A DNA stretch of 32,000 bases, taken from Trichodesmium erythraeum IMS101. Lineage in GTDB: Bacteria > Cyanobacteriota > Cyanobacteriia > Cyanobacteriales > Microcoleaceae. Position numbers and translations under genes: made by a program. The DNA is taken from the NCBI RefSeq assembly GCF_000014265.1, contig NC_008312.1:2460001-2492000 (forward strand), given 5' to 3'. The first letter of the stretch is position 1. The number at the start of each line of letters is the position of its first letter. The notes beneath the pieces were generated by a model. The model was not told the origin of the DNA, did no database searches, and worked only from the letters and a program-made list of their open reading frames with translations. This document shows, in pieces, positions 10,211-18,250 of the stretch.

Positions 10211-10365
10211 GTGACCAATATGACAATTGCTTGGATGGCGTTGCCATTTTTTTGTGGGGTTAGTTATCTATCTACATATCCAAACTTTATGGCTTTTTAG
10301 TATCAGCAGTAGGATCATTGCTGTATGCTAAGTATGTCTTGATGATATCAGTATTATCAAGCTAA
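10211..10365 (+). pseudogene. Relic of the 5' end of a second mrpD paralogue
   Basis: It begins 16 nt after the mrpC stop. VTNMTIAWMALPFFCG.. aligns with MANLTVAWMALQFCVG.. at the start of mrpD (10555). After a frameshift, PKLYGFLVSAVGSLLYAKYVLMI aligns with PKCSRFLALGVALLSVNYALIIF. A stop follows and similarity is lost. Confidence 0.6.
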
Positions 10366-10554
10366 AGTACAGTTAAGAAAAAAAAAAGAAGGAAAAAACT
10401 TAAATGAGATGAAATAGGGCTATACAGTTATCGGATTTACTATTTTCCATCAAGAAAAACTATACTCAGTAGACTCTGAAAGGATTGGCTGAAATCTATC
10501 TTTTTTTTCTTAATGTATGACTTTTAAATGCATTATTTTTGACTTTTATGTTTT

Positions 10555-12012
10555 ATGGCTAATTTGACAGTTGCCTGGATGGCATTACAATTTTGTGTTG
10601 GTTTCATTATCTATTTACTACCCAAATGTTCTCGCTTTCTGGCACTGGGAGTAGCATTGCTTTCTGTTAACTATGCTTTGATAATATTTGCAGACCCATC
10701 GTTTCTTTTAGAAATAAAGTTACTTGATAATTTTGGTGTAACTTTAACTATTGACCAAATAGGTGGCTTTTTTATTATCACTAATGCTCTAGTAACAACA
10801 GCAGTAATATTTTACTGTTGGGATAGCAATAAAACAGCTTTTTTCTATATGCAATTAACGATTTTGCATGCTAGTGTTAATGCTACTTTTATTTGTACAG
10901 ATTTTATTAGTTTGTATGTAGCTTTGGAAGTAATTACTATTGCTTCATTTCTACTGATAACTTATAGTCGTACCGATAGGTCTATTTGGGTAGGGTTACG
11001 CTATTTGTTTGTGGGTAATACAGGAATGCTGTTTTATCTTTTAGGGGCAGTTTTAGTATATCAAGCACATCATTCCTTTGGTTTTGAAGGTCTGCGGGGT
11101 GCGCCTCCAGAAGCTATTGCGGTGATATTTTTGGGATTATTGATAAAAGGTGGTATATTTGTATCTGGGTTATGGTTGCCCTTAACTCATTCTGAGTCAG
11201 AGAGTCCGGTATCGGCAATATTGTCAGGAGTGGTAGTCAAGGCAGGAGTTTTTCCATTAGTGCGTTGTGCGCTAATTGTAGAAGAAATAGAGCCGATAGT
11301 TAGACTTTTTGGAATAGGTACGGCCCTTTTAGGAGTTAGTTTTGCCATATTGGAAAAAGATACTAAGCGTATGCTGGCATTTCACACTATTTCTCAGTTG
11401 GGTTTTATACTTGCTGCCCCAGTAGTAGGAGGTTTCTATGCTTTGAGTCACGGTTTGGTTAAATCTGCTTTGTTTTTAATTTCAGGAGTTTTGCCTAGTC
11501 GTAATTTTAAGGAATTACAGAATCATCCTATTGATAATAGAATTTGGGTAATTTTAGCGATCGCTAGTTTTTCTATTTCTGGTTGTCCATTACTTGCTGG
11601 TTTTGAAGCCAAGGTATTAACCTCGAAAAATTTATTATCCTGGGAGGTTATTGCTATCAATATTGCAGCAGTAGGAACGGCAATTTCTTTTGCTAAATTC
11701 ATTTTTCTGCCTCACCAGAAAAATGAGGAACCAATCAAAGTTAATTTGAGTTTTTGGTTTGCGATAGTACCATTGATCGGTGGTTTGATAGTGGCAAATG
11801 GTTTTTATTCTGAAGCTTACAACATTGAAAATATTACTAAAGCATTGATAACTATAACTATTGGTTGGGTAATATATATATGTATTTTTCAGAAATTGGC
11901 GATTAAGTTACCAAGGTCGATGGAAGAATTTGACCATCTGATTGGGTTTATGAGCCTAATGTTAATTTTACTATTCTGGATGATATGGACGCAACTGCCC
12001 TTTTTAACATAA
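10555..12012 (+). CDS. mrpD: Mrp-type cation/H+ antiporter subunit D (NuoL/M/N-like proton-translocating subunit)
   Basis: 485 aa polytopic membrane protein with the NuoM/N-type core (..WLPLTHSESESPVSAILSGVVVKAGVF.., ..KRMLAFHTISQLGF..). Confidence 0.85.
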   Translation: MANLTVAWMALQFCVGFIIYLLPKCSRFLALGVALLSVNYALIIFADPSFLLEIKLLDNFGVTLTIDQIGGFFIITNALVTTAVIFYCWDSNKTAFFYMQLTILHASVNATFICTDFISLYVALEVITIASFLLITYSRTDRSIWVGLRYLFVGNTGMLFYLLGAVLVYQAHHSFGFEGLRGAPPEAIAVIFLGLLIKGGIFVSGLWLPLTHSESESPVSAILSGVVVKAGVFPLVRCALIVEEIEPIVRLFGIGTALLGVSFAILEKDTKRMLAFHTISQLGFILAAPVVGGFYALSHGLVKSALFLISGVLPSRNFKELQNHPIDNRIWVILAIASFSISGCPLLAGFEAKVLTSKNLLSWEVIAINIAAVGTAISFAKFIFLPHQKNEEPIKVNLSFWFAIVPLIGGLIVANGFYSEAYNIENITKALITITIGWVIYICIFQKLAIKLPRSMEEFDHLIGFMSLMLILLFWMIWTQLPFLT

Positions 12013-12380
12013 TATTACGACTGGCAATTTGGTTTTTACTCACCACCGACTTAAGTTGGGAAAATACGATTATTGGTGTTAGTGTTGCTTGTTTATTGCC
12101 CCATAAAAAAACATCTCTGGGATTATTAAGTGATTGGCTGCGAGTCATATGGGAAATTATCGTCGCCATTCCTCAATCTTATATTGAAGCAATACAAATG
12201 ATGCTTCATCCCCATGATGAAGAAGTTGTGGTTTGGGAACATCTTAAAACACAACGAACACCTCAATTGATTTTTCTAGATATATTTTTGATTACCTTTA
12301 CTCCCAAAACTATTGTCTTTAAATATAACGAAGGGGGGTGGTATGAAGTACACCGAGTGAAACCGAAGAGAAAAAAATGA
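11985..12380 (+). CDS. mrpE: Mrp-type antiporter subunit E
   Basis: 131 aa. The N-terminal hydrophobic pattern (LRLAIWFLLTTDLSWENTIIG) is typical of MnhE/MrpE, and the gene sits between D and F. The ATG overlaps the end of mrpD by 28 nt, so the exact start is uncertain. Confidence 0.7.
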   Translation: MDATALFNIILRLAIWFLLTTDLSWENTIIGVSVACLLPHKKTSLGLLSDWLRVIWEIIVAIPQSYIEAIQMMLHPHDEEVVVWEHLKTQRTPQLIFLDIFLITFTPKTIVFKYNEGGWYEVHRVKPKRKK

Positions 12381-12628
12381 AGTATATTTTAATTGTTATG
12401 AGTTTGTCTGTGCTCATACCCATTTATGAAGCCTGGCAGGATGACGATATTTGGCAGAAAATGCTGGCTTTTAGTAGTATTGCTACTAAAACCTCTATTA
12501 TGATATTAGTTGTGTCGGTTTTACGCAATGATTGGTCTATTGGGGTAGTTGCAGTAATTATTTTGGCTGTAGGTAATGCGGCATTAATGCTACTAGCACA
12601 TTTAATTAAAAGTTTAAACAAGGTATGA
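12377..12628 (+). CDS. mrpF: Mrp-type antiporter subunit F
   Basis: 83 aa protein with 3 TM segments. An ATGA start/stop overlap with mrpE indicates translational coupling, and the position in the operon fits. Confidence 0.7.
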   Translation: MKYILIVMSLSVLIPIYEAWQDDDIWQKMLAFSSIATKTSIMILVVSVLRNDWSIGVVAVIILAVGNAALMLLAHLIKSLNKV

Positions 12629-12906
12629 TTGACATTTTAAGTTATGGTTTAATAGTTGTGGGAGTGTTCTTCTGGTTTTGGGGAACATTTCCTCTAGTTG
12701 GTCACAGATCGGTTTTATATAAGCTCCATAGTTTGTCGGTGGCTGATACCCTGGGTTCAATAAGTATTGTTGTGGGTTTACTCCTGAAAATACCTAGAGA
12801 ATGGCCTTTATTGCTATTAGCAATTATTACTTTGGCGATTTGGAATACACTTTTAGGATACATTTTGGCATATTGTTCTAGTGTTGATACCGATATTGAA
12901 AGTTAA
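12625..12906 (+). CDS. mrpG: Mrp-type antiporter subunit G
   Basis: 93 aa protein with 3 TM segments and an ATGA overlap with mrpF. It shows the MnhG-like pattern (..LHSLSVADTLG..). Confidence 0.7.
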   Translation: MIDILSYGLIVVGVFFWFWGTFPLVGHRSVLYKLHSLSVADTLGSISIVVGLLLKIPREWPLLLLAIITLAIWNTLLGYILAYCSSVDTDIES

Positions 12907-13081
12907 AAGATAGATGTCTATTATTCTGTTCGGTTGAATGCTTATAATTAAGCTTGTAGTTTTGTTGTAGCTTCTCAAATATTTATAGCCGGGCTAAAGC
13001 CTAGGACAGAAAAAGGCTTATAGTAGCTCTTCTGGAGGATGCATATAATATTTCTTAATGATTATTTCTTGACTAATACCA

Positions 13082-13654
13082 ATGAATGATATTGATATTG
13101 ATATTTATGTTTATGTTATCATCGGGCTTTTACCATTGGCCGCCTTGATACTGGTACTTCAAGTTAATCCTTATAATGGTCTTATTATCCGAGCCATTTT
13201 AGGAGAAATAGCAGCATTAGTTTATGCACTTTTGGGTGCTGCGGATGTAGCTTTAACGGAAGCTTTAGTTGCAACAATGTTAGCTGTCAGCCTTTATGTG
13301 ATTACAGTTCGTTCTTCTTTAGTAATGCGTTTGGGAATACTTAAAGAAGTTGAGGCAGAAACAGAAAGTTATATGAAGGAAGTTGTCGATAATATGAGAA
13401 AAATTATTGATAAATATCATTTGCGTTTGGAATTAGTCGAATATCCAACTCAACAAGCTTTAGAAGGAGGGTTACGATCCAAAGAAGTTCATACTATTTT
13501 TGGCAAACCAGATGAATTAAAACTAGAGGGCAAACAAACTTATCAGACTACTACTAGAGTGTATCGTCTATTTGAAATTATGGAAAAGGAACTAACTTTA
13601 TCAGAAACAACTGTGAGATATATAAATGTCAGTAACTTGGAGGAAAAAGATTAA
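13082..13654 (+). CDS. mrpA: Cyanobacterial short MrpA-like subunit (DUF4040 / MbhD-like membrane domain) with a hydrophilic C-terminal extension
   Basis: The N-terminal ~85 aa show the DUF4040-like pattern (..AILGEIAALVYALLGAADVALTEALVATML..). About 100 charged, soluble residues follow. The gene lies immediately before mrpB. Confidence 0.6.
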   Translation: MNDIDIDIYVYVIIGLLPLAALILVLQVNPYNGLIIRAILGEIAALVYALLGAADVALTEALVATMLAVSLYVITVRSSLVMRLGILKEVEAETESYMKEVVDNMRKIIDKYHLRLELVEYPTQQALEGGLRSKEVHTIFGKPDELKLEGKQTYQTTTRVYRLFEIMEKELTLSETTVRYINVSNLEEKD

Positions 13655-14316
13655 TGAAATTGGTTTATTTTTTAGCGGGAGTAGCATTGTTTATAACAGT
13701 GCTATTTATACCTAACCCAATGGGAGAATGGGATAGAATACCTATTGTTGAATCAATAGTCGCGGATAGTGGAGTAGCTAATGCAGTTTCTGGCATCATT
13801 TTTAGAAATCGACTTTATGACACGGTTTTTGAGGTGATAGTATTTACGATAGCTATCTTGGGTGTTCGTTTTTTATTGTCAGACGAAGAACCTACCGATA
13901 ATTTTTATAGATTAAGCGATCCCACATCCAGAGTTTTAGCACGTTTAGGAGCGACTATTGCGGCGATGGTGAGTATTGAGTTATCAATTCGGGGGCATCT
14001 GAGTCCGGGGGGTGGTTTTGCTGCAGGGATAGCAGGAGGAACTGCTATTGGTTTAGTTGCTATGACTTCATCACCGGATAAGATGGAAAAGATATATCAG
14101 AGATGGAATGCTGCTATCTGGGAAAAAGTTTCAGTTTTAGTATTCATAATATTGGCAGGGATAACTATGATGGGATGGGAATTACCTCAAGGAACATTAG
14201 GAGATTTATTTAGTGGAGGAATTGTTCCGATACTGAATTTTTTGGTGGCTATAAAAGTGGCATTGGGTTCGTGGGCGGTTATTTTATTGTTTATTCGTTA
14301 TCGGGGGTTGTTGTGA
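13654..14316 (+). CDS. mrpB: Mrp-type antiporter subunit B (MnhB/MbhE-like)
   Basis: 220 aa membrane protein with MnhB-like blocks (GVANAVSGIIFRNRLYDTVFEV.., ..RGHLSPGGGFAAGI..). A TAATG stop/start overlap joins it to the preceding gene. Confidence 0.7.
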   Translation: MKLVYFLAGVALFITVLFIPNPMGEWDRIPIVESIVADSGVANAVSGIIFRNRLYDTVFEVIVFTIAILGVRFLLSDEEPTDNFYRLSDPTSRVLARLGATIAAMVSIELSIRGHLSPGGGFAAGIAGGTAIGLVAMTSSPDKMEKIYQRWNAAIWEKVSVLVFIILAGITMMGWELPQGTLGDLFSGGIVPILNFLVAIKVALGSWAVILLFIRYRGLL

Positions 14317-14874
14317 GGGTGTGAGGTGGATGGAGTGATGGGATGATGGGGCGGTAGCATATAGTTTTTATAGTTTGATGGTTATAGTCATAAAAATACT
14401 AATAATTTTGATTTTTTATAGGTATACTAAGTTGCTTTTGATGCTGCTATAAAAGATTTTTTAAACTTTAATGATTTTATTCTGATTATGTTTGTTCTAA
14501 TTTAGCATAGCATGGAGGAGAAAAGGTGCTCAAGGTTTATTTTTATGAAGATTGAATGACGCTGAGGTTGAAGCATCAGCAAGTCTAGTTTGGCTAAAGT
14601 TTGCAGTAAATGTATATGTTTGGATATAGAAATATAAATAAAAATCTACAGTTAATATAACTAAATCTTTTTGAATATATTTTTGTAGGAATTTAGCTGA
14701 ATGCTTAAATTTGTATGTGATTTCCTTGAAGTATATTAATACTACCTTCTAAATAGAAAAATTATAAATAGAAACTGTCTTTATTTCCCCTGTTTCTTAA
14801 AGTTAGGGAATCCGTATTTGGGAATATTTAAAAAGTTTTTTAATGCTCTCTGTCAATCTCTTAATGCTTGCTAA

Positions 14875-14990
14875 GGGAAAAATTTTACTTCATAAAACCA
14901 GAGACTTTGACTTTTAACTTCAGCAAACAAGGGGAAAATTTTACTTCATAAAACCAGAGACTTTGACTTTCTTTTAACTTCAGCAAACAA
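14875..14990 (+). repeat. Tandem duplication, 56 and 60 bp
   Basis: GGGAAAAATTTTACTTCATAAAACCAGAGACTTTGACTTTTAACTTCAGCAAACAA is repeated immediately. The second copy carries a 4 nt insertion (CTTT). Confidence 0.85.
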
Positions 14991-15439
14991 ACGATTATGG
15001 AAAGTGATAGCACTAAGTCGCTTCTTGTTTGTTTGCACTCTTTGATACAAGTTTATAATTCCCATTTATAAATATGACGGGGAACTGCAGGGTGTTTTAC
15101 CAGTATTGTTTTTTGTTGATTGTTAAGTTTTAACTTAGTTTCAAAGCTTTGATACAACATTTTTTATTTATTGAACAATTTGTTTATTTTTGTGGCTCCG
15201 AAAACTATATAATTTAGCTGAAAAGACTGTAATTATTTCCAACACATTATTAGCTAAATTTTATTCAAAAGTTGATTTTTTTGAGGGATTAATTATGAAT
15301 AATTTACCTAAAAAATTGGTTGCCTTTTGTACACTTAATAAATTACTCATACTCTTATGAAATCCCTATATTATGTTTGATTTTCAATTAGTGTAGTTAA
15401 CTTTTTTTCAACTGTTAAATTTCCCGGATAACATTGAAG

Positions 15440-15465
15440 TAGTGACGTTGTATGCAACGTCACTA
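15440..15465. repeat. Perfect 11 bp-stem palindromic hairpin (TAGTGACGTTG-TATG-CAACGTCACTA)
   Basis: The inverted repeat is seen directly, 70 nt beyond the 3' end of the RNase D-like gene. No U-tract follows on either strand. Confidence 0.7.
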
Positions 15466-15533
15466 AAGGGTGGTTCCGTGTAACACTATTAAATAAAAAA
15501 AAGATAAATATTGCCCCACAAAACCCTAGTTAA

Positions 15534-16157
15534 TTAATGCTCAAAAATATCCTTATATTGCAACAAATCTAATCCTACAAATACGGGTAAACATTCAAAA
15601 CATTGCTGTGCTAACTCCCACCTTTCTTCACGTTTCAATATTTTACTTAACTTCTCCCTGACGCTCAATAAATATCGCACATCGTTAGCAGCATAATTCA
15701 ATTGTTTTTCTGTTAAATTCTCTGCATTTCCCCAGTCAGAACTTTGGGAAGATTTATCTAACTCTACTTTTTCTAACTCCATTACTAAATCTTTTAAACC
15801 ATGTTTACCTGTATAAGTTCGTGCTAATTTACTGGAAATTTTGGTACAGAAAATTGGGGAAACTTTAATACCTAAATAATGTTGCAACATTGCTACATCA
15901 AATCTAGCAAAATGAAATACTTTAACTATGCTATTTGCCTCCATTAATTGTTTTAAATTTGGTGCTTCTTGTTGCCCCTTATGAATACGAATTGCTGTAA
16001 CTTGGCCAAGAGGGTCACATAACTGGACTAAACATAAGCGATCGCGCCTTGGTAATAACCCCATTGTTTCTGTATCTACTGCCATACTATCAGCTTGCAA
16101 ATAATTAGATAATATGTCCTTGGTTAAATCGCGATCGCATACTTGAAAATCACTCAT
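15534..16157 (-). CDS. 3'-5' exonuclease, short RNase D-like (DEDDy)
   Basis: 207 aa with ExoI AVDTETMGL, ExoII-like HFARFDVAML, and ExoIII YAANDVRYL (Y-x3-D). Confidence 0.75.
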   Translation of the reverse strand: MSDFQVCDRDLTKDILSNYLQADSMAVDTETMGLLPRRDRLCLVQLCDPLGQVTAIRIHKGQQEAPNLKQLMEANSIVKVFHFARFDVAMLQHYLGIKVSPIFCTKISSKLARTYTGKHGLKDLVMELEKVELDKSSQSSDWGNAENLTEKQLNYAANDVRYLLSVREKLSKILKREERWELAQQCFECLPVFVGLDLLQYKDIFEH

Positions 16158-16590
16158 TACTCACCTGATAATTACTAAATAATTACTAATATTTTTTCAG
16201 ACTTAGTAATTATACCTTGACGGGATAATAAGTATTAAAGTATTAATTGTTAGGTGTTAGGTTTTAGGTTTTAGATATGTGGAGGGGAATTAGTTAGGGA
16301 GGTTGAATGGAACTTTCCTAAAAAGAAGCAAACATAAAAATATTTAACATACTCCTAGCTAATAATTATCAAAATGTTATTGTTATAGTTTATTAATTAC
16401 TTAGTAAGTATAGCTATTGTTTATATAACTATAACTAAATACTTTAGGGCTTTTCCCTATTGCCTATTGCCTTATCGACAAAATCTAAAAATATTAAGTA
16501 TTTCTGTAGAAAAAAATACTTGCTTAAATTATTGAATTTCATTTAAAGAATTTATTAGTCATCTTAATTTTTTATAGAGAAACTATTATT

Positions 16591-17372
16591 ATGAATGATA
16601 TTTTTGGAGAATCTAGTAACTTTAAACCAGAGTTTACTAACCCAATGTTAGCTGGAATAGTTGATAATGAGATTATCGCTTCTTCTTTTAACATTATTAA
16701 ATTTAAAAGCACAGCAACTTTTGCTAAAACTTCAGATGAGACTTACCCGATAGTTAATAGAGACGAGAAGCTACAACTTCACAATAATAAAGGGGAAAAT
16801 AATACTGACAACACTCACTAGGACTGGGATGGTGTGGCGGTGGAGTTAGTTTCAGTAGCTGGTTATCGTTTCTTACTCCAAGGTAAAAATGCCTTGAGTG
16901 GTAAAGCTTATGTCTGGAATACAAATTCTTAAGGTGTGATTAATAGGGGTTCTGGTTGGTTGGGAGGAGATCATTTGTTGCCCCTAAAAGAAGAGTTTAA
17001 TATTGACCTGAATAATGATGGGAATATCTGTTTAGAGGAGTTCATAACTGTCACAGCTTTCAACGGGGGAACAGTCTAGAAACAGAAAAAAGCTACTACA
17101 TTGACTGGGAGGATAATATTAGGGAGAATGTTCGTATCTATTTGTAGAAGAATGATGTATTTGATAGTATGATCTCTAACTCAACTCCTAGTGATAGCAG
17201 TTATACTTTGAGAGTGGGGACAAGTTTAGCTACTGCTAGTGATTACCAAGTGGCAATTCAGAGTATTGTTGACAGTGACCTTTTTGACTACAGCTTTGAC
17301 TACAGCGACAGCAAGTTAACTATTGAAGCAGATGATTCAAATTCTGATAAATATTACTTCACCTACTTTTAG
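16591..17372 (+). pseudogene. Decayed gene for a secreted multi-domain repeat protein
   Basis: One reading frame runs from 16591 through in-frame stops at 16819 (TAG), 16930 (TAA) and 17077 (TAG). It encodes a Trp-rich module (DWDGVAVEL..GYRFLLQG..GKAYVWNTNS*GVINRGSGW..) followed by a DLNNDGNI Ca-loop-like motif. After a frameshift, an Ig-like module follows (YYIDWEDN..VRIYL*KNDVF..SYTLRVG..DYQVAIQS). Further fragments extend to about 17950. Confidence 0.5.
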
Positions 17373-17582
17373 GATCTATGCGACTCCTATTATGGTTTTT
17401 TGTAGGAAAAACTAGGAACATATTCTTTAAGTGACTCATTGCTTAAGGTTCGGCTGTTTCTCAAACCGAAAATTTTATAAGCTTCCCCAAATCATTTCTG
17501 GGATTTAAATTTAGGGAGATCAGCAAAAATTTATCAATAAAAAACAACTGATTTACTATCAACAAGTTTATTAGGGTTTGAG

Positions 17583-17636
17583 GGAGTAAGTTAGCTATAG
17601 AAGGACCTGATACTGACACGATCGCTAACTTACTCC
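17583..17636. repeat. 13 bp perfect inverted repeat (GGAGTAAGTTAGC / GCTAACTTACTCC) with a 28 nt spacer
   Basis: Seen directly. Removing 24 nt of the spacer would restore a 30 nt palindrome centred on HIP1 (..TTAGCGATCGCTAA..). Confidence 0.8.
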
Positions 17637-18250
17637 ATTCTGCTGACCTAATTTGTAGAAAACTATATAGGGTAAAATTTATAGCTGTTTTTGCAAAGTA
17701 TTCCCTAAAAATTTAAGCGGACGGTGAGTCATTATACACCAGTAATGGTCGCGAACAGACATGGGGTCTTAAGAGTGGTGTAGGTAGTAAAATGATATTG
17801 GCGATGTTTACGTTTATGACTACTACGATGAGAACTATACTGGTGAAACTTATGAACTATTCTGGGGGGCTTCGGGATTTGCATCAGGTAAAAATCTGTT
17901 AGGTAGGGAGTCTGACGAAATCTTGGGTTCCTTGGTTCTGAGTATTTTGACCCCTATAATGAAGCTGATGGTTAAATTTAGAGATTAATTTTTCTTGTGC
18001 TAAATTCAGAGGAACATTATTCGGAGTTGTTGATAGGTGGCTGTGATTTTTGGGACAGGGGCGATAGCCTCACAAAGCGATCGCTCCTCCCAAACTAACC
18101 ATATTTAAGGACAGATCGCCTGCCAATATTAGAACAACGATCGCCCCACCAACAACCCATCAGTTACTAACCTCACCCACCGAACCCACTATCAACCTGA
18201 TACGACTAAAGTCTTGATTACAAAAAAGCGATCGCCTTTCCCTACTTCTT

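Noticed and set aside
11948-12621. Two minus-strand ORFs (11948-12169 and 12424-12621) lie inside the mrp operon.
   Set aside because: They are antisense to mrpD/E and mrpF and have no recognisable motifs.
15440-15465. The strong 11 bp hairpin was considered as the intrinsic terminator of the RNase D-like gene.
   Set aside because: No U-tract follows on either strand. It looks more like a member of a palindromic repeat family than a canonical terminator, so it is reported only as a repeat.
16591-17372. ORFs 16591-16821 and 17169-17372 were considered as independent small genes.
   Set aside because: Reading through the stops gives one continuous multi-domain protein-like sequence, so they are fragments of a pseudogene.
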